64,000 bases of DNA from a virus (lineage: Duplodnaviria; Caudoviricetes), in IMG/VR virus record IMGVR_UViG_3300044655_001017. One strand, written 5' to 3'. The position numbers were made by a program, and so were the translations under genes. This document shows, piece by piece, positions 35,701-42,608 of this stretch (position 1 is the stretch's first letter; each line of letters opens with the position of its first letter). The notes below the pieces were generated by a model. It saw nothing but the letters and a program-made list of their open reading frames with translations. It did no database searches and was not told the origin of the DNA.

Positions 35701-38272
35701 GTAATGTGTCATTTCTGTATTGCCTAACTGATTGCTGATATGTAACTCCTACAATATCGTTTGCAATAATAGGCCGTACTAAACTAGATATATTCCTAAT
35801 TGCCGCAATGCATGCTTCTTTTTCTGAAGAATTAAGGTAGCTAGTAGTTGGTGTAGGCCAGTATTGTTTAGCAGCATACACGCTTTGACTGTTTCCACCG
35901 TATGTTAAATCGTATACTAAACTCCAAATAACATATTTTACATCTCGATTAGATAATGCTCTATCATATATTACATTTGGATATTCAGAACTTAAAAATG
36001 CTAATGTTTCTGCTTGAATAAATGCAATATTTTCTAACAATAGCTGTTTAGCTGATGCATGTCCAATTGGGTCCCAGGTTAGTCTACCAGTTCCATTAGT
36101 AGTTAACGGGATTGCACTGCCGCCTAATGACGTTGCTAATTTAAAATTGTTAGTTGTTCTATTAACTACATAATAATTAGTTTGAATTGAAATGCCAGTA
36201 GTTATTGATATTTGTTCAAATGATATAATATCACCATTTGCAAAACTGTGATTTAATAATGTAACTAAGTCACCCGAATCAGTAAATGAAACTGCTTTGC
36301 CTAACGGTGTAAGTTGTGCAGGATAACTTACATTTGGTAATATGCCATCAACAACATATTCTGCTATTAATTTAGTGTTTGCTTTGATTAACGCAGTTGC
36401 AACTGGCAAATTCTTAACTGCCGGAGTTAACAATAAAATATTAATTAAATTGTGTCTATCAATTGTGCCAACTACGGTAAATTGATCAACAATTAATCCC
36501 GTAGTGCCTTTATCAAAACTAATTGACGACGCAGTAGCAGCAGTCACAATGTAAGAAATAACTGCCCCACCGCTTAACGATGTTAATGTAACCGGAGATG
36601 TCGTAATGGTTTTGCTTGTAAACGTTGCATTAATATGAACACGGCTACCTACTGGGTAAATTATTGACGATTGTGTAGCAAACGTTATTGTTATAATTGA
36701 CCCATTACATACTGCAGAAACTAATGTAATTGGATTAACAGTTAACATTGATGCTAACTCAGTAGCACTTATTTTAGTATTAGCATTTTTAAATGCAATA
36801 CCTGCTTGGATACTTTGATAATTTGACTGAAATAATGCATCATATGCAAGTGCATCAATTATTTGTCCAGTATATGTTTGTAATGCTGCGGGGTTGTATG
36901 AAAAATCAATAATTTGATCTCTTACAAACTTAATTGTTTCAACCCACTGTATTAATCCATCACTAGTTGGATAATCGTGTATGTAACTCACACCTTCCCA
37001 GTATGAATTGTAATTAGTACCTGATACACTTGAATTTGGATTTGTAGAACCTAATAACACATCGTTTCCAATGCTTGTTAACAACGATGAAATTTTAGAT
37101 GCAAGTTCGGCATGATTATATACATACGGATTAACATATTTTTTATTAATGTATGCAATAGTTTCAGCTTGAATAAACTCACGATTTGCTTGCAATAAAT
37201 TAAAGGCCGACACATAACTAGCAGTTCCGCTATTTCCGCCGGTTAATGTAACTTTTTGAATTGTTGAAAAACTTTGATCCGGCCCGACAGTATACGATAC
37301 ACGTTGTTTATAAGGGCCTGGTTCTTGACTTGCAATTGATATCAATGATTCAGCGTGTAATAATGCAGACCCGAATGATTTAAATGCATAATTCCAAAAT
37401 CTACCTTCTTTACCTACAGGAGTTCTTGATTGTAAATCATCGCCACTAGTTGCAACAAATAGATTAACAGTACTTGAAAATGTTTTATTATCAACATAAA
37501 ATGCAGTAGCCGCTTGTAGATCTTCTTTATTATCAGCACCAATCGTTCCTGCTAAATCTTTAGGATGATCGTTTAGATATAATGGACCAGACATTGTATC
37601 ACCACCGCGATACACTGCATTTTTACGAGGTAATACTTCAGTTGATAAGTAGTTGCCAGTTAATGTTGAATCATATGCAGGATTAGTAGTATCAGGTACT
37701 GTTGGTTCGTTTCGTGCATTAACCGGACCAGGTACAATTACCCCTGTTGAATCTACTATACCGATTGTGCCATCTTCAGTTAATCGAACATAATTTCGGT
37801 TAGCATACCCAACGTTAACTGGTAATTGATCAAATGTTGTTTGTGTATCCCATACAAGATTAAATGCATCAACTATTTCTTGGCTTGGGTCAGGAACACG
37901 ACCTACCGGATTTAAATTTATGTTAAGTGGAAATTTAATTTCAGGTGAAATATCATCCGAAATCTTTGCAGCACGTGATGAAAATGTTACAGTATGAGTA
38001 TCTGTTTCAGTGTTATCTGCAATAACAATATCAATGTTTGTGCCTGGAATAATGGTTCGAGCAGCTAGTCTACTGCCATCTGCACTACCCATAATAAGTT
38101 GGTTTCCAACGTACTCGGTTCCATCACCTAATTGTGAAAGTGTTATGCGTCCTTGACCAAAAATACTATAAATTTCATTAAAGTTTTCGTTAACCTTACG
38201 AAACGAGTCACGTATACTGTCACCAGTTCCGTCGTTACCTTGTACTCCGATATCAATTATCTGTTTTGCCAT
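26723..38272 (-). CDS. giant structural (tail/baseplate fibre) protein with C-terminal LamG/ConA-like domain
   Basis: 3849 aa; N-terminal IDIGVQGNDGTGDSIRDSFRKVNENF motif; repeated RDxGYxxDAxxYD helical units. Confidence 0.75.
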   Translation of the reverse strand: MAKQIIDIGVQGNDGTGDSIRDSFRKVNENFNEIYSIFGQGRITLSQLGDGTEYVGNQLIMGSADGSRLAARTIIPGTNIDIVIADNTETDTHTVTFSSRAAKISDDISPEIKFPLNINLNPVGRVPDPSQEIVDAFNLVWDTQTTFDQLPVNVGYANRNYVRLTEDGTIGIVDSTGVIVPGPVNARNEPTVPDTTNPAYDSTLTGNYLSTEVLPRKNAVYRGGDTMSGPLYLNDHPKDLAGTIGADNKEDLQAATAFYVDNKTFSSTVNLFVATSGDDLQSRTPVGKEGRFWNYAFKSFGSALLHAESLISIASQEPGPYKQRVSYTVGPDQSFSTIQKVTLTGGNSGTASYVSAFNLLQANREFIQAETIAYINKKYVNPYVYNHAELASKISSLLTSIGNDVLLGSTNPNSSVSGTNYNSYWEGVSYIHDYPTSDGLIQWVETIKFVRDQIIDFSYNPAALQTYTGQIIDALAYDALFQSNYQSIQAGIAFKNANTKISATELASMLTVNPITLVSAVCNGSIITITFATQSSIIYPVGSRVHINATFTSKTITTSPVTLTSLSGGAVISYIVTAATASSISFDKGTTGLIVDQFTVVGTIDRHNLINILLLTPAVKNLPVATALIKANTKLIAEYVVDGILPNVSYPAQLTPLGKAVSFTDSGDLVTLLNHSFANGDIISFEQISITTGISIQTNYYVVNRTTNNFKLATSLGGSAIPLTTNGTGRLTWDPIGHASAKQLLLENIAFIQAETLAFLSSEYPNVIYDRALSNRDVKYVIWSLVYDLTYGGNSQSVYAAKQYWPTPTTSYLNSSEKEACIAAIRNISSLVRPIIANDIVGVTYQQSVRQYRNDTLLQGEVATDSVTNNVELIATIVTDFLNVPVSIAYPNILTSAVELQTVFTAIETTRSVYTTGLTTSTSWYMDQFYPVINDTDNQDKIATLFQTIIDIVESGSVPTQLPSYPLLTVTVNTGITTAMISQARSILTYSVISTIATDTVSGPGGIVATYGPGTASNITINVPKLIQEVNNIVVAICYDITFGGTTASFRAAQQLSIIGSTLITQDVINTARTKTLSYITGNITGDTTNKVALLIDTKFNSIIGVLNLSVTEAVPVNLETFVGSTYTTSIRLRNLILSNITAITTSTTTYVSEKFAGGFVYDESRCFRDIGNIIDGLSIDLITGGTLQSVTSGKSFYKNASARTIAVGGTHYLQSLDALQFATRVGLQVLTKTSAIRYQLIAQVYSFSSISQCPSASIGVTGTTTSVTDETTQDEFLSGMQTITNIIQFGISAASTPSYGTGIWHIAVDNGGRGFVDQGSPLNNDIFPAKVVVGVGAPAVGVTPSIIASEAYASIVKYAPGEDTSGVGVLPDVDTIQVRLTKPGFFKVNEQLEFGETVQDLNITIFVESGIYYEDYPLRLPPNVSIRGDEMRRTLIRPKDRISQSPWRKIFFYRDAVIDGLEVGLVDYTGTNYAPEGITATLDGVTNKIVVTLSDNYQALLSWVGKVVADTNVTNGNAKRGKAVIDSVSGNTFNCTVIYPFTNAGLYEANDWKIFGTINYGRHYLTNPLDVTSTAKNNKLIDVFLCNEGNRIIGVTFQGHGGFGMVLDPEGNIKTKSPYIQECSSFSQSNNYKRFAGGMFIDGFAGRVYGTITQIEDYGLTITVVGETNSGLDIRPPQPPCSFYVRGKRYQIDDIVSFDATSKTVVLRLNTSTTYMYDPITQALSYDEVKAQRDVGYVLDAAATDVILGTNYRSVHAGRAFLRPYSSALIGGLQDLTVAGINKATSLGNEYFSNTSILTDNVRVVTSMLSNGVNATPTLTWSTSATADKNKVRDIIQLNKSFINSEISSWIASNFTLSNYPQYNVLTSERDIGYIVDAITYDVFYGGNSQTYDSAISFYFNGTAIIQGITLVCTGAQTRLKTILGYIINANTSWIKSPGNNLTQITANPPSSPASYVTSVNSLCDLLIDYIADGAFTSAPTVVFPTLADGANTTAYNTMTAAMTTVATTVTTFLNNGANLRVNLETGGNRSMLGNDFAMLNDLAYGVIATNGAFTEQVCTFTYYAHTGLWANNGSNVRGVGCSNTFGNYGMRASGYDVTELPDSTNLANHMIQTARVYKQGLVSTEMTPTATSPAIALWIIGYDYIPTNGANLEIDHTVNGGIITKYSITSVEYTTIQVSNQIVLKLNLSSSGESNTTTSGLAKELYHGQVVTIRSMKNMKFINVDNVKPTRPSTALQYNDNLNDVYRIIAYNLTESTGDLLGNNIAILQSDNSFAYYSFYVDPINIINGDPNSSITATIVSGSTSSTTITVNNVVGTILPGHTITGIGFAGQTVLTVSGSGTLTLTLSATPTSTPTQSISFSFVTQGSKIGDTKIAISQISQLAVINQINKGTYITAWNGRLHRVLRYVSPTFAAIRTFVGYVSTTLTVSGSAGTIEDGSLIIGKNAGTSVIEFIGTVVSSTYNSTSALTEVVVSGGTGSPSAGSIFSFGVNANGYIEVSSNAIINNSADGTAAPAMSFNSSTLQTGSVVNKVVTFDVPYNKYNLLPKVDSFITVEGNSNTAYNGSHRVTAVVDQTTLTIGSTTGYVAGMVVTSQVTITTIASNLFTTSISHQLVVNDPITSTSTTNGLDSTVTYYVKTTPAGTTFTLSASAGGPQLTTFTNGTSLQIAIQTPKTARMNSAGSIVQSVNPTTNEIVVSPSCWAPNGSPIRATLAASVLRIDVTTGGSGYDAAPLLTIEGGSPTQQATATCTIVNGTINEVKVVLRGYGYTTQPTVTITPAPGTVFTGTPAVLTVVLSTPVYIDSTSSSGITVTQMSLLYSGDPGTFGTNTSKNVTAAGAPTEVTYNSVAGYSVAFTCQALSETPTVDTWYQILGNSNTLYNGFVQVISAADTTHATVFYPFNPGTYGSGTTTISKANTAGTSSTLGISKPFDTNSSYTLVVGYAINVGAQVTTRISTCRATGHDFCDIGTGGYSTTNIPYSIYGEPALSRQISNETLDEGVGRCFYVSTNQDGIFRVGRFFSVDQGTGTVTFSAKISLSNIEGFGFSRGVVVNEFSSDSSMTNNAADSVPVQSAVRGYIDKRLGLDHGGSPLPFASFIGPGFMPLNGGLTMIGDLPLGGHRITGVLTPAISTDAATKGYVDDLIDSNNTISEMDDVNITVSALSSAQVLIYDTVTSKWLNETVNGDVSLSFSGGILTASIGSSKIVNSMVSTTAQIAQSKLSLSAASTRANATGIAQVDLGVASFNSAQFVATNGWIELLTSTTTSTGVTIDKLQFIPNSTILGNLTTGTGNSAVTTLTPGAIVIAGDGVKNASFTSVGVMVASTITSGKASAYTVIGYTTTGENSKIVQTGSLGEIDTKQLKVDGYKIVDTVSTALNTPATTKLVLTTPGNFDFLTSVGDANTNNITTVYGTLDISGTNNTLKSTTLTTGATATAGTITGTWELAAGSSLDTSNGTFNSSAEGLTASVSRPKIRPSVIFDFANSRTLDPRITFVRNTIGTYYNEEGILKTAVAGQPRFDYNPVTGVSNGLLLEEPRTNQLTFSATFETTGAAKVWTDTSIDRTLDSGVIAPDGTTAIKFAALAANATVAISGSVDNGPVYRTFSVWLQRVAGTGIISITMDNGTNWYPVTITPTLTRYTFTNSTSDNRVAIKIATSGDSIIMWGAQLEEGAFVTSYIPTTTLAVLRNSDDAYVDGNNFSSWYRSDEGTLIVSHSATAISATVNDYGAATIANINTSSVMSLRCSSNGSGSLVYDAYGTSASLTQFNFTGLTTSTVNSVVTHALSYKANLCAYSYDGTVAETDNLAIITSSMIRLNIGNNAGAQTIARFAYYPKQLTNAEIQSITTQ

Positions 38273-38351
38273 ATTAAGTTACACCCCTTCTGTGAACATA
38301 TCGTTTATGGTATTTATCAAAAAAATTTTATAATCTTAATGTAAATACAAT

Positions 38352-38639
38352 ATGGTCATCTCTACTGAATACATAACAACATTATATGCTCGCACTAGTA
38401 AACTAGGTGTAGAGCATACATATGTTCGAAAGAAAACTATTATAATTTTACGATGTGATAGTTGTAGTACAATTTTTAATCGTGAAAAAGGTTCAATGGA
38501 TCCTGCAAGATTATCTAATCAATTTTATCATGTTTGTAGTAGTTGTGATGCTAAAAAATTTGCACAATCAAAAGGAGTTGAACGAAGAAAAATATGGGAA
38601 ATGCCAGTTAGTAGTCTAAAGACATTAGGCCAATTATAA
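38352..38639 (+). CDS. Zn-finger hypothetical protein
   Basis: CDSC...CSSC. Confidence 0.65.
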   Translation: MVISTEYITTLYARTSKLGVEHTYVRKKTIIILRCDSCSTIFNREKGSMDPARLSNQFYHVCSSCDAKKFAQSKGVERRKIWEMPVSSLKTLGQL

Positions 38640-38658
38640 ATATGAAAAAGGAGATTTT

Positions 38659-38991
38659 ATGTTTAAATTTATTAAATCATTATTTAAAAGAAAACCAACT
38701 AACACTGAAGTAGAATCAAAATGTCCGTTCTTAGTACATACTGATATTGGTGAAAGTATTGTCATTAAAGAAGTTAAATTGGAAGATGTAAAACCAAAGA
38801 CACGCAAACCAAAAGCAACACAATTAAAAGAAGTTAACTTAGTTGAAGATCCAGTAGTAGCTAAAGGAGTTAAACCTGCAGCTAAGAAAACCAAACCTAA
38901 ACAAGTTAAATCTGAACCTGCAAAAATTGTGCAACTTGTACAACCGTTACCAACTAAGAAAAAAGGTCGTCCTAAAAAAGATAAGGTATAG
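38659..38991 (+). CDS. Lys/Pro-rich hypothetical protein
   Basis: AAGGAG RBS; TATAAATA upstream. Confidence 0.65.
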   Translation: MFKFIKSLFKRKPTNTEVESKCPFLVHTDIGESIVIKEVKLEDVKPKTRKPKATQLKEVNLVEDPVVAKGVKPAAKKTKPKQVKSEPAKIVQLVQPLPTKKKGRPKKDKV

Positions 38992-39065
38992 TAGATACAT
39001 ATAAATTTGCAATATTTGCACAAGTATGTTATTATAATACTTTATATTAACTAAGAGGTGCTACT

Positions 39066-40061
39066 GTGAAAAAAATTGGATTTGCTTGCAAATATGTTAA
39101 TAGAACTAAAACTGGATTTGAATCTGTTAAAGAATTAAATATGGGTGCTACTACAGTTGCATGGTTAGGACGCCAATCTACACAAGTAGCAGAAAAAAAG
39201 TTGTGGGACATTGCAATGCAAAATCTCACAGCAACTTCTAATCTCATTAGAAAGGTAGGTACTTTAGATGAACACTTACGTATGGTTCGTATTGGGTCTG
39301 ATGTTATTCCAATGTATACTCATGAGTTATATCGCAGCTTTTGGCAAGAACCATCAAGAATTAAAATTATCGAACAAAACTTATCTAAGATTGGACAATA
39401 TGCTAAAGATGCTAATATTCGTCTCAGTTTTCATCCTGGTCAGTTTGTCTGCATTGCTAGCGACAGAGATGATGTCATTACTCGATCTTTGGAAGAACTT
39501 GAATATCATGCTGACATGGCAAGATTTATGGGATTCGGTCAGTCTAAATTAGATCTTAAGATTAATGTACATGTTAGTGGTAGACGTGGCATAGCAGGTT
39601 TTGATGCTGCATGGCAACGAATGAGTCCAGAACTGCGTAACTGCTTAACATTAGAGAACGACGAGTACCAACAAGGTTTAGATGAGTTGTTAGCGTTGAA
39701 AGACAAGGTCGGTATCGTGCTTGATATACATCATCATTTTATTAAAACAGGCGAATATATAAAAGCATCTGATCCTAGAATACAAGGTGTACTTGAAAGT
39801 TGGCAAGGTGTTAGACCAACATTCCATTACAGTCAATCAAAATCAGAATTAATACCTCGTACTGGTATGACAACTATGGAAACATTACTTGAATCTACTT
39901 CTAAAAGTAAATTACGAGCTCATAGTGATTTTTATACAAATAAAGATATTAACAGATGGGCACTAACACATCTTGAATGGGGTAACATGATGGCGGAATC
40001 TAAAGCTAAGAACCTAGCATCATTTGAACTGTTTGACCAGTTTAAAGAAGAATTTATGTAA
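39066..40061 (+). CDS. uvsE: UV DNA damage endonuclease
   Basis: GFACK, RIGSD, RLSFHPGQF, LTLENDE, LDIHHH, PTFHYS, RAHSD. Confidence 0.9.
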   Translation: MKKIGFACKYVNRTKTGFESVKELNMGATTVAWLGRQSTQVAEKKLWDIAMQNLTATSNLIRKVGTLDEHLRMVRIGSDVIPMYTHELYRSFWQEPSRIKIIEQNLSKIGQYAKDANIRLSFHPGQFVCIASDRDDVITRSLEELEYHADMARFMGFGQSKLDLKINVHVSGRRGIAGFDAAWQRMSPELRNCLTLENDEYQQGLDELLALKDKVGIVLDIHHHFIKTGEYIKASDPRIQGVLESWQGVRPTFHYSQSKSELIPRTGMTTMETLLESTSKSKLRAHSDFYTNKDINRWALTHLEWGNMMAESKAKNLASFELFDQFKEEFM

Positions 40062-40066
40062 TCAAT

Positions 40067-40095
40067 AAAAAAGGCAGCTTACGCTGCCTTTTTTC
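40067..40095. terminator. bidirectional terminator
   Basis: AAAAAGGCAGC-TTAC-GCTGCCTTTTT between convergent genes. Confidence 0.75.
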
Positions 40096-40629
40096 TTATC
40101 CTGTATATCTACAATGGCTTTTGCGAGTTTCCCACAGCTCAACTGCAGTAACCTTTGCTACATCACCTATACGTGATTGAGCATATTCAAACAAATACTT
40201 ACAAATGTTTTCACTAGTTGGTACAAAATCTACTAGTACAAAACTGTTATAATGTAATTGTTCACCTTCAGTTAATCCAACCCAGTTGTAACTTCCTAAG
40301 TTAGTAAAGTTTGCAAATGGGTGTTTGGCTTTGCTCCATTCGTTACCTGTAATTAACTTAAAGTTTGGATCATTGATATCAATCATAAACTTATGATCTA
40401 GCACATCATCTACAAATTGTTTCATAAAGTTTAAATTCTTAAAGTCTGTAACCATTTCTGAATGATCTAACGTATCAGAACCTAAAAATACTTTAATTGA
40501 ATAGCTGTGTCCGTGTAAATGCTTGCAGGCACAGTCAGTTGAAATACTTAACTCAACATGATTTAATTTTTGTGCCCATACTCTGTGTCCCATTTCAAAA
40601 TGAAACTCTTTATCTATTTCCCATTTCAT
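40096..40629 (-). CDS. queD: 6-carboxytetrahydropterin synthase (QueD/PTPS family)
   Basis: KEFHFEMGHR, CKHLHGHSY, LDHKF, PTSEN, LWET. Confidence 0.9.
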   Translation of the reverse strand: MKWEIDKEFHFEMGHRVWAQKLNHVELSISTDCACKHLHGHSYSIKVFLGSDTLDHSEMVTDFKNLNFMKQFVDDVLDHKFMIDINDPNFKLITGNEWSKAKHPFANFTNLGSYNWVGLTEGEQLHYNSFVLVDFVPTSENICKYLFEYAQSRIGDVAKVTAVELWETRKSHCRYTG

Positions 40630-40686
40630 ATAATTGCCTGTCTATTAAAAAGCTATATTATATAATCATTGCTTCAAGAAGTCAAC

Positions 40687-41064
40687 CTACTTCTTCATAT
40701 CAGCACAACTATCTACTGCTGGACTGTTGCCAGTTGTTTCTTTACAATTCACAATAATCTTTATTTGGTCAAGATCTGATGTAATCTCATTTAATATTTG
40801 ATATTCAGAATGCACCGCCCTAACTATTTTACCAATTGCACTAACTGTCCAATACCACCAATTTACACTAACTATTAAACTAACCGAAATAATTCCCCAC
40901 CAAATTAAATTATTATTAAAACTAGAAAGATAAAACCAACTAACAATTATACCAATAACTGCTACTACTACTAACGAACTAGCATATAACCATAATCTAC
41001 GCTGCTGATAGATCACTTCTAACTCGACAGTATGATCTGTTATTTTATTTCTCACATCATCCAT
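40687..41064 (-). CDS. membrane hypothetical protein
   Basis: Two TM-like segments; ATG overlaps the upstream stop. Confidence 0.6.
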   Translation of the reverse strand: MDDVRNKITDHTVELEVIYQQRRLWLYASSLVVVAVIGIIVSWFYLSSFNNNLIWWGIISVSLIVSVNWWYWTVSAIGKIVRAVHSEYQILNEITSDLDQIKIIVNCKETTGNSPAVDSCADMKK

Positions 41065-42521
41065 TACGCTCCTAATAAGCCAAACGGTTTCCACTCTCCC
41101 GGGGTGCCCGATTGTATACATATCCAGCCAACGTATCCATTAGTTGTTGGATTTTCATTCCAACAAATGTCACCTTTACAAAAGGATCCGTTGGATGGAA
41201 TACTTACACTATTTACAAACTTCTTATTGTTAAAACTTACAGTTCCATTAACTGATAAACTAACAGTAGGATCAGGATTAGAAATACCAATAGACAACGG
41301 CCCAAATACTTTAACTGGCCTGCGCATATCTTTAGTTGACCCTACAATTATTTCAGTTGCAGTAGCATACATTACATCGGTATTATTTGCAAGAATTGAT
41401 ATACTGTCATTTGAAGAAACAGTACTTACAGTAATTGCATCTACAGTTAACGGGTTTGCTAATGTAACTGACCCATTTAACCATGTACTGCCGTTTACTG
41501 TTAACTCTGTTAATTTACCTAATGTAACTAACGACGAATTTATTACCTTTAACCCTAATGCATTACTAGTAAGTACTTCTTCTCCGTTAATAAAGTATGA
41601 GTTTCCATTAGCTATGTCAAAAGACTCAGATGACCACACTCTTGATGGATCATCTATTAATACTAACTTCTTAGAAGAACTAGCAGAGTTCCACACTAAC
41701 CCTTTGTCGTAAATATTATTGTCTTTAGTAGCATTAAATTCTACAGAACTTGACCGATTAATTCGTACATCGGATACTATCGAATCTGCATATATTGAAC
41801 CAAAAACTCGTAACACTCCTGACTTACTAATTTGATCACTAATGTGAATTTCGCCAGAATTTTTTATAGTCATGCGAGCAGTATTATCACTAATAAATGC
41901 AATATCATGATTTGAATGAGTGCCAATCGATGCTAACCCGGATGCCGGACTACCAATAGTAATTTCAACATTATTATCTAAAATACTAATAGCTGCATTT
42001 GGTTCGTCTGTGCCTAACCCTAACCTTGCAGTAGTTTCGTCAAAGAATGCAAACCCGCCTAATGATGCAGTACCAATTACTGATAATGCAGTTAACGCAC
42101 CAACTTGTCTAAGGTTACTTCTAGTAATAGTTTGTCCTAAACTATTTGAACTTAGCACTGGAATGTTATCAATCATATATGACGAATCTACTGATAAGTC
42201 AAAGTTGCTATTTGTCCATATACGATTACCTGTACGGTAAATTAGTTGCACTGATCCTGCATCGCAATTCCAAGTAATCCCCTTGCCGTTGAGTTCGTCA
42301 AACGTCTTTGCATGCCAGTTACCAAAATCAGTAGTCTCAGAAATTAATTTTTTAACTCGCAAAACATCAGCTGTAATCTCACGTGATGATAAATCACCAT
42401 TGATATTAACCGATCCGTATGCAATGATATTGCCTTTAATAGCAAGGTTACTGTGTATTTCGGATACTGATAATTTATTAATAATAACAGTATCGTCTTG
42501 AATAGTAAATAAATGTGTCAT
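41064..42521 (-). CDS. structural hypothetical protein
   Basis: 485 aa with an internal duplication (KGITW/KGLVW); C-terminal GDICWN...GWICI..GTPGEWKPFG. Confidence 0.65.
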   Translation of the reverse strand: MTHLFTIQDDTVIINKLSVSEIHSNLAIKGNIIAYGSVNINGDLSSREITADVLRVKKLISETTDFGNWHAKTFDELNGKGITWNCDAGSVQLIYRTGNRIWTNSNFDLSVDSSYMIDNIPVLSSNSLGQTITRSNLRQVGALTALSVIGTASLGGFAFFDETTARLGLGTDEPNAAISILDNNVEITIGSPASGLASIGTHSNHDIAFISDNTARMTIKNSGEIHISDQISKSGVLRVFGSIYADSIVSDVRINRSSSVEFNATKDNNIYDKGLVWNSASSSKKLVLIDDPSRVWSSESFDIANGNSYFINGEEVLTSNALGLKVINSSLVTLGKLTELTVNGSTWLNGSVTLANPLTVDAITVSTVSSNDSISILANNTDVMYATATEIIVGSTKDMRRPVKVFGPLSIGISNPDPTVSLSVNGTVSFNNKKFVNSVSIPSNGSFCKGDICWNENPTTNGYVGWICIQSGTPGEWKPFGLLGA

Positions 42522-42608
42522 AGTTAAGTCTCTTTTTAATATTTATCATAACTATGGCGAAGTATTATACACGCAGAAATCTTATAAATACTGCAAACGA
42601 GAACAAAT

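Noticed and set aside
20841-38272. Diversity-generating retroelement targeting tail fibres
   Set aside because: No reverse transcriptase and no template/variable repeat pair differing at adenines was seen in the window
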